64,000 nt of DNA from Rhodobacterales bacterium (GCA_031384005.1 JANNAF010000378.1:1737-65736); one strand, 5' to 3'; shown: positions 1 to 9,679, numbered from the stretch's first letter. Program-made: numbers and translations. The notes: generated by a model not told the origin, from the letters alone.

Positions 1-42
1 GGCCGAGAAACTTACATGATCTGAACGCAACAGGAGACATTC

Positions 43-1446
43 ATGGTTATCAGAACTGTCGGGCCATCGTCCGACTTCCCCTCTATCGCTGCGGCGATGC
101 TCAGCTCCGGTCCGGGCGATACGATCCAGCTGGAGAGTGGCTACAGCAATGAAACGGCGACGATCGGGTTCAGCGGCATGACAATTTTTGGCGGCATCGG
201 GTCGCAGGGCATTGTCTTGAACCTTGCACCCGGAATTGCGACGGTCACGATGACGGGCAACAGCCCGTTTCAACTGAATGACGCCGCCGATTCCAACGGT
301 ATCGTTGGCAATGCCGGGGATAACCGGATCACTGTCACGGGTGGCGTCGACGCCGTCGACGGGGGCCTGGGTCAGGACCGGCTGGTGGTTGATTACCGCG
401 CGGCCACGGGCGCGGTGACGGGCGACAGCACGTCCAATTTCTCGGAAGCGGGCGGGGGCGGTCGGGTGGTGACGGTGACCAGCGGCACAATCGAAAACTT
501 TACCATCCTGACCGGATCGGGCGCTGATACCATCACCACAGGCTCGGGGAATGATTATATCAATACCGCCGGTGGGGCATCGACCGTTTCGGCGGGGCAA
601 GGCCGCAATACCATCATTGGCGGCGGTAATTCGGACACGGTGACGGCGCTGGATGGCGGCAACCTGGTGCGGGCTGGCAATGGGGCAAACACGGTCACCA
701 CTGGCGGCGGAGCGGACAGGATTTATGTTGGCAAGGGAACCGACACGGTTGTTGCCGGTGGCGGCGCTGACCGGATATTCCTGACGGGTGGTGCTGACAG
801 TGTTGATGCCGGTGCGGGTCTTGACCGGCTGATCATCGACTATTCGGCCATGACGACGGCGGTGACGGGCGGCGTGACGTCTGGCAACATGACGTCTGGC
901 TATGTCGGGTTGATTGCCGATCTGGCGGGAAGCCATGTTGATTTCCAGCGGGCAGAATCCTTTGACATCACCACGGGCCTGGGGGACGACACGGTAACCA
1001 CGGGCGCGGGTGCGGATATTCTGCGCGGCGGTCTGGGCGCTGACCTGTTGCGCAGCGGAAGTGCGGCCGACATGCTGTTTGGCGGCGGTGGCAATGATGT
1101 GTTGCGCGGCGGGTTAGGGACTGATCTTGCAAGCGGCGGTGCCGGGGCCGACGTCTTTGTCTTTGGTACTGCGGAAGAGGCGCGCAGCGGTTCCGGCCGC
1201 GACCGGATTCTGGACTTTTTGGCGTCGACCGATCGGATTGATGTTTCAGGAATTGACGCCGACACCGCCAACTTGGGCAATCAGGGGTTCAGCTATATCG
1301 GATCTGCGCAGTTTTCGGCGGTTGCCGGGCAATTGCGGTTTGGCAATGGCGTGGTCAGCGGCGATGTCGACGGCGATGGGCGGGCCGATTTCGAGGTTGA
1401 GATCGGCAACCAGGTTGGGCTGACGCAGGGTGATTTCATCCTGTGA
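43..1446 (+). CDS. RTX/hemolysin-type Ca-binding repeat protein with serralysin-like C-terminus (probable T1SS substrate)
   Basis: Many GGxGxD nonapeptides; C-terminal DRILDF...DRIDVSGIDA...GDVDGDGRADFEV...DFIL; RBS CAGGAG before ATG. Confidence 0.85.
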   Translation: MVIRTVGPSSDFPSIAAAMLSSGPGDTIQLESGYSNETATIGFSGMTIFGGIGSQGIVLNLAPGIATVTMTGNSPFQLNDAADSNGIVGNAGDNRITVTGGVDAVDGGLGQDRLVVDYRAATGAVTGDSTSNFSEAGGGGRVVTVTSGTIENFTILTGSGADTITTGSGNDYINTAGGASTVSAGQGRNTIIGGGNSDTVTALDGGNLVRAGNGANTVTTGGGADRIYVGKGTDTVVAGGGADRIFLTGGADSVDAGAGLDRLIIDYSAMTTAVTGGVTSGNMTSGYVGLIADLAGSHVDFQRAESFDITTGLGDDTVTTGAGADILRGGLGADLLRSGSAADMLFGGGGNDVLRGGLGTDLASGGAGADVFVFGTAEEARSGSGRDRILDFLASTDRIDVSGIDADTANLGNQGFSYIGSAQFSAVAGQLRFGNGVVSGDVDGDGRADFEVEIGNQVGLTQGDFIL

Positions 1447-1851
1447 ACCTGGCCGCCCAAAGCTAGCCAGTCGCGGCGATTGAAACATCGTCGCGGCTGG
1501 CGCCTGGCCAAAGCCGCATGTCCGATCTGCGTTTGACGGGCCAAGGCCATTGGGGATGGGCATAGCGGGGCCCGGTCCTTTGCCGTGGTTCGGTGAAGGG
1601 AAAGTCGTGTTGCCTGAACGGCTGTTCGAACGTGGCGCGTGACGGGCATCCCCCCCATTGACTGGCCATAACGACCGGCCATAACGCAATCCGGCGCCCG
1701 GGGTGCGGGCCGTTCGCAAATGCGTCTGGTCGGTGGGCAAGGCAGGGTGTGCGCCGGCAAACCGCGTCCCTTGTGCAGCCAACCAGACGATCCGCGCATG
1801 TCCTGCCGCCAAAAAAGGTGATGTGCTGGGCAACGGGTGACTGATGGTGGC

Positions 1852-1890
1852 TTAGGTTTTGCCTAATCCTAGTATCAAGATGTAATACTT
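1852..1890 (+). promoter_or_regulatory. Putative LysR binding site upstream of the FMO operon
   Basis: TTAGG-N5-CCTAA inverted repeat (T-N11-A); CCTAATCC-N16-TACTT also found upstream of the dehydrogenase gene. Confidence 0.55.
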
Positions 1891-1978
1891 CCCCCCGGTT
1901 CTCGATTGCATGAGGGTTCCTGCAATTCGGCATTGGGTTTCGCGTGGAACGCTGGCCGGGATACAAAGGGATCAGGAT

Positions 1979-3241
1979 ATGGCAGCGGAACAGATCGACA
2001 CTTTGGTCGTGGGCGCCGGGCAGGCCGGGGTGGCGATGAGCGAACATCTGACCCAGCTTGGCGTGCCACATATCGTTCTGGAACGCAGCCGGATCGCCGA
2101 ACGCTGGCGGTCTGAACGGTGGGATTCGTTGGTAACCAATGGCCCGGCCTGGCATGACCGCTTTCCGGGGTTAAAGTTCGCGGGCTTTGGCGCGGACGAT
2201 TTCGTCCCCAAGGAAAAGGTGGCTGACTATTTCGAGGCTTATGCCAGGAAATTCTGTGCGCCGATCCGCTGCGGCGTCGAGGTAAAGCGGGTGACGCGGC
2301 AAGTGGGTTGTCCGGGGTTCATCGTTGAAACATCAGCTGGGGTGATCGAAGCCCTCCGTGTGGTGTCGGCCACCGGGCCGTTTCAAAAGCCGGCCATCCC
2401 GCCGTTCGCACCCAAGGACAGCGGGCTATATCAGATCCATTCGGCCGGATACCGCAACCCCGGGCAATTGCCGCCGGGCGCGGTGATGGTGGTGGGTGCG
2501 GGGTCGTCGGGCGTGCAAATCGCCGATGAGTTGCGCCGATCAGGCCGCAAGGTGTATTTGTCGGTTGGTGCACACGACCGCCCGCCGCGCGCCTATCGGG
2601 GCCGCGATTTCGTGTGGTGGTTGGGTGTCCTGGGCCTTTGGGACCTTGAGGCTATGGCCCCGGGGACCGAACATGTCACGATTGCGGTGAGCGGGGCCTA
2701 TGGTGGGAAGACGATAGATTTCCGTGAGTTGGCGCACCAGGGGATCATTTTGGTCGGCCTGACCATGGGGATTGCGGATCACAAGGTCAGTTTTGGCGAC
2801 GATCTGGCCTGCAACATCCGGCGCGGGGATGGAAATCTTTTGTCATTGCTGGATGCCGCTGATGCATGGGTCCGCCGCAACGGCATGGACCTGCCGCCCG
2901 ACCCCGAGGCGCGGCGTGTGTGGCCCGATCCGGACTGCCTGACATCACCGCTGCAAGAGTTGGATCTGGAGGTGGCCGGGGTCACGTCGATCATCTGGGC
3001 CACCGGGTTCACACAGGATTTCAGCTGGCTGCAGGTCGGCGCGTTTGACGAAAAGGGCAAACCAAAGCATCAGCGCGGCGTATCGGCAGAGCCGGGCATC
3101 TATTTCGTTGGCCTGCCGTGGCTGTCGCGGCGCGGATCGACCTTTATCTGGGGGGTCTGGCATGACGCCAAACATATCGCCGGGCATATCGCCACGCAGC
3201 GCAGCTATCTGGACTATCACACAGCCCAGGCGGCACGGTAA
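1979..3241 (+). CDS. Flavin-containing monooxygenase (HinF-like)
   Basis: GAGQAG FAD motif, IHSAGYRNP FMO motif, GAGSSG NADPH motif, WATG; start reassigned to ATG 1979. Confidence 0.85.
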   Translation: MAAEQIDTLVVGAGQAGVAMSEHLTQLGVPHIVLERSRIAERWRSERWDSLVTNGPAWHDRFPGLKFAGFGADDFVPKEKVADYFEAYARKFCAPIRCGVEVKRVTRQVGCPGFIVETSAGVIEALRVVSATGPFQKPAIPPFAPKDSGLYQIHSAGYRNPGQLPPGAVMVVGAGSSGVQIADELRRSGRKVYLSVGAHDRPPRAYRGRDFVWWLGVLGLWDLEAMAPGTEHVTIAVSGAYGGKTIDFRELAHQGIILVGLTMGIADHKVSFGDDLACNIRRGDGNLLSLLDAADAWVRRNGMDLPPDPEARRVWPDPDCLTSPLQELDLEVAGVTSIIWATGFTQDFSWLQVGAFDEKGKPKHQRGVSAEPGIYFVGLPWLSRRGSTFIWGVWHDAKHIAGHIATQRSYLDYHTAQAAR

Positions 3242-3273
3242 AATACGTTACCTGATCACACCGGAGATTGACC

Positions 3274-3690
3274 ATGGCGCACACCCGCCACCGCAAGTTC
3301 AACACCAAAGATACCTATCCAGAACAAAATCTGGATAATGACCTGTGTCAGGCCGTGGTCACCTGTGGCGGGCGCACCATTTACCTGCGCGGTCAGTGCC
3401 CGCAGAATCTGGATGACGCCACGGATATCGGCAGTCATGACCCGGTCGAACAGACCCACAAGGTCATGCAGAACATCAAGCAATTGATCGAGGAATGTGG
3501 TGGCCAGATGGAGCATCTGGTCAAGGTGGTGGTCTACGTCACCGATGTACGCCACCGCGAGGCGGTTTACCGCACGATGGGCCAGTATCTGAAGGGGGTG
3601 CATCCTGTCTCCACCGGGTTGGTGGTCAGCGCATTGGCGCGTCCGAATTGGCTGGTCGAAATCGACGGCACTGCCGTCATCCCGGATTGA
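3274..3690 (+). CDS. RidA/YjgF family enamine deaminase (HinL-like)
   Basis: IYLRGQ...VSTGLVVSALARPNWLVEIDGTAV RidA signature; RBS GGAG. Confidence 0.88.
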   Translation: MAHTRHRKFNTKDTYPEQNLDNDLCQAVVTCGGRTIYLRGQCPQNLDDATDIGSHDPVEQTHKVMQNIKQLIEECGGQMEHLVKVVVYVTDVRHREAVYRTMGQYLKGVHPVSTGLVVSALARPNWLVEIDGTAVIPD

Positions 3691-3694
3691 TCTG

Positions 3695-4369
3695 ATGACA
3701 TTTTCGCTGGTGGCCCGTTGCAATCTGACTGGGATGTTTGGGGTTGCGATTGCATCGTCATCCCCGGCCGTTGCCGCGCGCTGCGCCTATGCCCGTGCAG
3801 GCGTGGGGGCGGTCGCGTCGCAGAACGTGACCGATCCGACCTTGGGGCCCCTGGCGCTGGACCTGATGGAGGCCGGGCAGACCGCGGCGCAGGCGGTGGC
3901 GCAAATCCGGCGCGATGCCCGTTTCATTGCGTACCGTCAGGTGCTGGCCGTTGATGCCATGGGTCGCTGCGCCATCCATTCCGGCCCGAACGCGCTTGGT
4001 ATCTGGGCCGAGGCACAGGGTGCCGATGTCGCAGCAGGTGGCAATATGTTGGCCAATGCAGGGGTGCCACAAGCGATGGTGGATCGGTTCGTATCTGCGC
4101 AGGGTCATCTGGGGGATCGGCTGATTGCGGCGATGCGTGCAGGTCTGGCGGCGGGTGGCGAGGCGGGGCCTGTCCACTCGGCGGGTCTGCGGTTGGTCGA
4201 CAAGGTCAGTTGGCCGGTGGCCGATCTGCGCTGCGACTGGACCGATGATTGCCCGATTGCGGCGCTTGGTTTGTTGTGGGACCGCTATCGGCCGCAACTT
4301 GATGCCTATGTTCAGCGCGCGATCGACCCGCGTGCAGCCCCGTCCTACGGCGTGCCCGGCGACGTTTGA
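3695..4369 (+). CDS. DUF1028 family protein (Ntn-hydrolase-like, HinH-like)
   Basis: MTFSLVARC...GVAIASSSPAVAARC...GAVASQ; AGGEAGPVHSAG. Confidence 0.88.
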   Translation: MTFSLVARCNLTGMFGVAIASSSPAVAARCAYARAGVGAVASQNVTDPTLGPLALDLMEAGQTAAQAVAQIRRDARFIAYRQVLAVDAMGRCAIHSGPNALGIWAEAQGADVAAGGNMLANAGVPQAMVDRFVSAQGHLGDRLIAAMRAGLAAGGEAGPVHSAGLRLVDKVSWPVADLRCDWTDDCPIAALGLLWDRYRPQLDAYVQRAIDPRAAPSYGVPGDV

Positions 4370-4424
4370 AATGACGCGCCCATGACCCGGGACGATTGGA
4401 AAGCCGGTGCTGCCGCCTCTGTGG

Positions 4425-4480
4425 CCGAACCGTCGACTGTGACCGGACCGTCAACCGTGACCGAACCGTCGACTGTGACC
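4425..4480. repeat. 18-bp tandem repeat, 3 copies (CCGAACCGTCGACTGTGA)
   Basis: Copies at 4425, 4443 (variant) and 4461, contiguous, no spacers. Confidence 0.85.
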
Positions 4481-4787
4481 CTCTGACTGCGGTGTTCAGG
4501 GCGAACGACACAGGTTAGTGACCATCGATGCGCGGGGTGATCTGGCCTTGTTCAGGGCAATGCCGGGTCCCGCCTGCGCGAAAACAGGTTCCGGGATGAA
4601 AGCGCCGATCCAGCGCGCGTTTGTGGCGCGGTCGGCGGCCCGGGCATAGGCGGTGCAGTCGGGGGCGACCTGGTGACCGCCAAAGATGCGTTGATCTGAC
4701 GTTGCAGTCGCTGGACAAATAGGCCGCAGTACAGACCTTATGGGCGAAACACCCGAATTGATCGCCGCCTTGGCAGGACCACCCACC

Positions 4788-5759
4788 ATGCCCCTTCGTT
4801 TCACCCTGCGCCAACTGGAGTATTTCGTCGCTGTGGGCGAGACGGGTTCAATTGCGACCGCCTCGGAAAAGATGCATGTCTCCTCGCCGTCGATATCGAC
4901 GGCGATCAGCCAGTTGGAGGCGGATTTCGGGCTGCAACTGTTTGTGCGCAGCCATGGCAAGGGGCTGTCACTGACCCAAGCCGGGCGGCAGTTGATGGCC
5001 AAGGCCGTGCAGATCCTGTCCGACGCAGAGGCGCTGAACCGGCTGGTCGGTGCGATTGCAGGCAATGTGCAGGGCAATCTGGCAATTGGCTGCCTGCTGA
5101 CATTTGCGCAGATATTGGCCCCGCAACTGCGGCGCAGTTTCCAGACGCGCTATCCTCTGGTGCGGGTTTCGCAGGTCGAGCAGCACCAGCAAGAGATTTT
5201 CAGCAGCTTGCGCCGCGGTGACATTGACGTGGCGCTGACCTATGACCTTCAAATCCCTGACGATTTGCAATTCTTGCCGCTGGTCAGGCTGCCGCCCTAT
5301 GTCATGCTGCCCCAGACCCATCCGCTGGCGCATTTTCCGGCGGTATCGGTTGAACAGTTGATCGACCACCCGATGGTGCTGTTGGATCTGCCGTTCAGCA
5401 GCGACTATTTCTTGTCTTTTTTCAAGGATGCCGGGATCAAACCCAGGATCGCCGAACGCACCCGCGACATGGCGGTGATGCGGTCATTGGTTGCCAACGG
5501 CTTTGGCTATTCCATCGCCAATATCCGCCCGCTGAATGATCTGGCCCCGGACGGTCGCAAACTGCGGTTTGTGCCATTGACGGCGGCGCGCCCGCTGATG
5601 TTGGGGTTGGTCATGGCCAAAGGGGCGGCCAGCGTGCTGACGGTTGCCGCGTTTGTGGAACATTGCAACGCGAATGTGACCGCAAAAACTGTGGCGGGGA
5701 TGACCGTGGAACAAGAAGCGCCGCCCGTTGCAGGGCGGTGCCCGGTCGATCAGCGGTGA
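4788..5759 (+). CDS. LysR family transcriptional regulator (HinK-like)
   Basis: MPLRFTLRQLEYFVAVGETGSIATASEKMHVSSPSISTAISQLE HTH; start reassigned to ATG 4788. Confidence 0.9.
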   Translation: MPLRFTLRQLEYFVAVGETGSIATASEKMHVSSPSISTAISQLEADFGLQLFVRSHGKGLSLTQAGRQLMAKAVQILSDAEALNRLVGAIAGNVQGNLAIGCLLTFAQILAPQLRRSFQTRYPLVRVSQVEQHQQEIFSSLRRGDIDVALTYDLQIPDDLQFLPLVRLPPYVMLPQTHPLAHFPAVSVEQLIDHPMVLLDLPFSSDYFLSFFKDAGIKPRIAERTRDMAVMRSLVANGFGYSIANIRPLNDLAPDGRKLRFVPLTAARPLMLGLVMAKGAASVLTVAAFVEHCNANVTAKTVAGMTVEQEAPPVAGRCPVDQR

Positions 5760-5799
5760 AATGCGTGAAGCCGTCCCTATCGTTCCCCGCCGTGATCTG

Positions 5800-6035
5800 A
5801 CCGTCCACCGCGTGATCCCTTTGATCCGGTCAATTCCGGCAGGCAGATCCGGTCGGCCAAATTCAACGCCATTTCCGGATCATGGGCTAAATTGAGGGCC
5901 ATGACCCCGGTGGCCCTGTGCCGCGCAGACGATTGATCCCGCATCGCCCGCCCTGATTTCAGGTCCCGCAGGAAAGCCACGGGTGTGCGGGCCAATGTGC
6001 GGGCCAATGCGATGCGTTGACGCTGGCCATCGGGC
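5800..6035 (-). pseudogene. Relic of an ABC transporter ATP-binding subunit
   Basis: Minus frame reads GQRQRIALARTLARTPVAFLRD...AHDPEMALNLADRI (degenerate signature, Walker B, H-loop). Confidence 0.55.
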
Positions 6036-6040
6036 TGGGG

Positions 6041-8122
6041 TCAATCCTTGGCCAGTTCGGTGATCTCGCGGCGGAAGCTGAGGGTATCGCCCCAATCATC
6101 GCCCCATGCCCCGGTGTCCAATTCACGCGCATAACGGTGACCGGCATAGGTGGACCAGGCAATCGGGCCGGGGGCCGCGGCATCGCCGATCAGCTGAACC
6201 GACCGGATGCCCGCATCGGCCCAGTCCACCTTGCGCGCCACAAGTCCATGATAAAGCGCATCTTCCGACTGGCGTGACGCGACAATCACGACTGCATCGC
6301 AGGCAATCTGGCCGCGGATATCGGTATAACTGCACGTCGTCTCCACCCCGCCCGGCAGCAGCGCCGCCACGCCGGTGTTCAGCACGATCCTGACGCCCGC
6401 GCCCACCAGACGGCGATGGATCGCGCCTTGTTCCAGCGTGTTGCGCGTCCAGTCTGACACAAAAGCAGCGGGCGTCACCAGCGTGACATCGGCGCCACCT
6501 TGGGCACAAAGTTCGGCCAGAACGCCGCCCATGTAATAGTGGTCATCATCATAGACCACGACCCGGCCAGGGGGTACCCGCCCCGCCATCAGGTCATCGG
6601 GCGTGAACACGGGCAGATCGCCCGATTTCGGTATGGCGACCACATGCTGCCGTGCCACACCATCTGCCCGCCAATGACTGCCGGTGGCCACACAGATGTT
6701 CTGAAACCCGAACGTCATCACCTCATCGACCGACAGGCGCGAGCCGGGATACATCTGCACATTTGGCCGCTGCCCGATCTGATGCAAACGGTAATCCACC
6801 ACCCGGCCCCAAGCCGACAGACCCGGCAGCAACCGCTCGCGCGCAACACGGCCGCCGAATGCCGTGCTTGCCTCGGCCACCGCCACGTCATAGCCGCGCA
6901 AGCCAAGCGCGCGTGCTGCCTCCAGCCCCGCAGGGCCGGACCCGATGACCAGCACGTTTTCGCTGTCGCCGCGCGCGCCGATTTTTTCGGGATGCCAGCC
7001 TTTGCGCCATTCCTCCATAAAGGTCGGGTTCTGCGTGCAGCGGCTGATCGACTGGGTCATGTCGCCGGCCACGCAGATGTTGCATCCGATACACTCGCGG
7101 ATGTCGTCGATCCGGCCTTCCTCGATCTTCTTGGGCAAGAACGGGTCGGCAATCGACGGTCGCGCGCAGCCAATGAAATCCAGCACGCCGGTCTTGATCA
7201 TCCTTGCCATCACGTCGGGCGAGGTAAACCGCCCCACCCCCACCACGGGTTTGGCCGACAAAGCGCGGATACCGTTCACCAGCACTTCTTGCGCGCCCTC
7301 ATCCTTGAACCGCGATGGGCCGGAACATTCATCCCATGACCCCTGCGCCAGATCCCACAGGTCTGGCAGATTGGCGTTCATCGCGACAAACTCGCGCAAC
7401 TCGGCGTTGGAAAACCCCAAGTTGCCTATGTTTTCGTCTAGAGAAACCCGCAAGCTGAGCGCCATTGTATCGCCCACCGCATCGCGAATGTCCGCGACAA
7501 CCTCGCGCGCAAAGCGCGACCGGTTTTCCAGACTGCCGCCGTATTCATCGCTGCGCTGGTTGGTCGCGCGCGACAGGAAATGCTGAAAGATGCCAAAACC
7601 GTGGGCACCATAGAGGCAGATCAGGTCAAACTCGGCGATCTTGCACCGTTTGGCGGCATTCACGAACCAGCGGCGCAGGTTGCGAATGTCGCCCTTGTCC
7701 ATCGCGCGGGCCTGCACCGGATCGTTGGTAAAGGTGCGGATCGGCAGCGCCGTTGGGGCAAGCGGCACCTCTTTGGTATAGAAATTCGGTCCGTTGATCC
7801 CGGAATAGGCCAGTTGGATCCCGGCCAACGCGCCATGCGTTTTCATCGCGCGGGCCATCTTGCGCAGACCCGGTATGTCTTTGTCCTCCCACAGGCGCAA
7901 CTCGATGAATGGGGTGATCTCGGACGTTTGGTGCATCTCGGTCTGTTCGGTGAAAATCACGCCCCAGCCGCCCTCGGCCTTGATCCCGCGCATCGCCGAC
8001 GCCGCCGAGGGGTCGCGGTAGCCACCGCCGTTGCAGTGCGGCACCTGATAAAAGCGGTTCTTTGCGGTCAGCGGGCCAATGGCCATCGGCTGGAACAGGA
8101 TATCATACCGAGGATCACGCAA
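6041..8122 (-). CDS. Histamine dehydrogenase-like flavoenzyme (TMADH/HADH family, FMN + 4Fe-4S)
   Basis: NRFYQVPHCNG, YRDPSA, PFIELRLW, RECIGCNIC...CTQNP, DDDHYY, FRREITELA; likely TTG start 8122 (MRDPRYDILF) with GGAG RBS. Confidence 0.85.
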   Translation of the reverse strand: MRDPRYDILFQPMAIGPLTAKNRFYQVPHCNGGGYRDPSAASAMRGIKAEGGWGVIFTEQTEMHQTSEITPFIELRLWEDKDIPGLRKMARAMKTHGALAGIQLAYSGINGPNFYTKEVPLAPTALPIRTFTNDPVQARAMDKGDIRNLRRWFVNAAKRCKIAEFDLICLYGAHGFGIFQHFLSRATNQRSDEYGGSLENRSRFAREVVADIRDAVGDTMALSLRVSLDENIGNLGFSNAELREFVAMNANLPDLWDLAQGSWDECSGPSRFKDEGAQEVLVNGIRALSAKPVVGVGRFTSPDVMARMIKTGVLDFIGCARPSIADPFLPKKIEEGRIDDIRECIGCNICVAGDMTQSISRCTQNPTFMEEWRKGWHPEKIGARGDSENVLVIGSGPAGLEAARALGLRGYDVAVAEASTAFGGRVARERLLPGLSAWGRVVDYRLHQIGQRPNVQMYPGSRLSVDEVMTFGFQNICVATGSHWRADGVARQHVVAIPKSGDLPVFTPDDLMAGRVPPGRVVVYDDDHYYMGGVLAELCAQGGADVTLVTPAAFVSDWTRNTLEQGAIHRRLVGAGVRIVLNTGVAALLPGGVETTCSYTDIRGQIACDAVVIVASRQSEDALYHGLVARKVDWADAGIRSVQLIGDAAAPGPIAWSTYAGHRYARELDTGAWGDDWGDTLSFRREITELAKD

Positions 8123-8203
8123 AGTTCGGGCTCCGTCATTTCTGGCCAAAGCGGGCCGTGTGACCCGCGTTGGACACCTGACGATAGCAGGTGGCCCAAG
8201 GGA

Positions 8204-8242
8204 AAGTAGTTGATTCGAAACCTTGGATTAGGACGTGCCCTG
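8204..8242 (-). promoter_or_regulatory. Copy of the 1852-1890 motif upstream of the dehydrogenase
   Basis: Minus strand CCAGGGCACGTCCTAATCC-N16-TACTT, same spacing as the first copy. Confidence 0.55.
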
Positions 8243-8372
8243 GCGGCGTTGCGGCAGAGGCGGTGCGTTTGGTAATGACAGGCGGCGGCAAGTATCGCGT
8301 CCGGACCATTTGGGCGGCAGGACCGTGAGGCCGGAAGGGGCAGGGGTGCCTGCGTGGGGTGGGATTCAGCCA

Positions 8373-8420
8373 TTGACAAGCCTTAACCCTCAAAGTAGCA
8401 AAAATGGAACGTTCCATTTT
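8373..8420 (+). promoter_or_regulatory. Sigma70-like promoter with overlapping LacI-type operator
   Basis: TTGACA (8373)-N17-TAGCAA; perfect 20-bp palindrome AAAATGGAACGTTCCATTTT at 8401-8420. Confidence 0.7.
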
Positions 8421-8492
8421 CGCGTTGGTTGGGATTTTGCGACGGTCTGCACTGTGCCCGACGCGGCGCATTTCAATCTGGAGGAAACAAAA

Positions 8493-9656
8493 GTGGCTGA
8501 AGTCAGGGTTGCCGTTTTGGGGGCGTCGGGCTGGATGGGCAAGGTTCACACCATGGCCTATCAGACCTTTCCGCATTTCATGGGCACGGCCGGTGGTACG
8601 GCATTGGTTGTGGCCTTGGTCGAGGAGAATCCCAAAGCCGCAGCAGACCTTGGTTTTCGTGCGCCGGGGGCAAGGATCCTGTCGTCATGGCAGGAGGCTG
8701 TTGACGACCCCGAGGTTGACCTGATCGACATCTGCCTGCCCGACCACCTGCACTATCAGGTGGCGAAAGCCGCGCTTTTGGCGGGTAAACATGTGTATTG
8801 CGAAAAGCCGTTGGCCGAAACCGCCGCGCAGGCCCGCGAGCTTGCCGATATCGCGAAGGCAAAGGGCCTGATCACGCGGGTCGGCCACGCCTTTGCGCGC
8901 AACCCGGTGCATGATCTGGCCCGCGAGATCATTGCGGCGGGTGAGATCGGCGAGATCAAGATGTTCAAGGCCTGCCAGCATGTCGACATGTATGGTGATC
9001 CGCTTGCCCCATATATGTGGCGGGCTGACGGCACGCTTGCCCCCACCGGCATCGTGGGTGATACTGGCACCCATGTCTTTAGTTTCATGGATTTTCTGGT
9101 GGGACGGGTCAGTGAATTGATCGCCGACACCTTTATCGTCACCCCGCGCCGTCCGGTGGTTTCTGGCCTTGGCTATGGCGAACAGGCCGCGCTAACGGGA
9201 AACGAGCAGTGGTCGGATGTGACCAATCCTGACGCTGCCAACATCCTGTGCAAATTCGCCAATGGCGCGCGCGGTCTGATCGATTTCAGCCGCGTGGCGA
9301 CGGGCCGCAAGTTCATGCAGACCTATGAGGTCTACGGCACCAAGGGCAGCCTTTCCTACAGCTATGACGAGGTGAACCGTCTGCGGTTTTACACCAATGA
9401 CGACCGCATTGGTCGCCGCGGGTTCCGCGCAATTGATGTAGGTCCCGAGAATGAAACCTTTCGCGCGTTTCTGCCGCTGCCGAACTTTGGGCTTGGCTAT
9501 AACGAAAGCAAGATCATCGAGGCGGCCGAAGTGATCCGTTCGATCACATCGGGCCAGCAAATGTGGCCGACATTCGAGACCGGGCATCACATCTGCCAGA
9601 TTGTTGACGCCTGCATGGAATCCTCCCGCCTTGGGCGGTGGGTTTCTATCGCCTGA
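8493..9656 (+). CDS. Gfo/Idh/MocA family oxidoreductase (levoglucosan-dehydrogenase-like)
   Basis: GASGWMG, GKHVYCEKP, GDTGTH motifs; GTG start after GGAGG. Confidence 0.88.
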   Translation: MAEVRVAVLGASGWMGKVHTMAYQTFPHFMGTAGGTALVVALVEENPKAAADLGFRAPGARILSSWQEAVDDPEVDLIDICLPDHLHYQVAKAALLAGKHVYCEKPLAETAAQARELADIAKAKGLITRVGHAFARNPVHDLAREIIAAGEIGEIKMFKACQHVDMYGDPLAPYMWRADGTLAPTGIVGDTGTHVFSFMDFLVGRVSELIADTFIVTPRRPVVSGLGYGEQAALTGNEQWSDVTNPDAANILCKFANGARGLIDFSRVATGRKFMQTYEVYGTKGSLSYSYDEVNRLRFYTNDDRIGRRGFRAIDVGPENETFRAFLPLPNFGLGYNESKIIEAAEVIRSITSGQQMWPTFETGHHICQIVDACMESSRLGRWVSIA

Positions 9657-9679
9657 CCCCAGAGATGGAGCATAACGCC

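Noticed and set aside
4425-4480. CRISPR-like repeat
   Set aside because: 18-bp units are contiguous with no spacers, and no cas genes are present; simple tandem repeat
6041-8122. Trimethylamine dehydrogenase or generic NADH:flavin oxidoreductase call
   Set aside because: Same family, but the motifs and neighbouring genes fit histamine dehydrogenase better; substrate still unproven
8493-9656. Firm levoglucosan dehydrogenase (lgdA) assignment
   Set aside because: Only family-level resemblance; the lgdB/lgdC partners are absent
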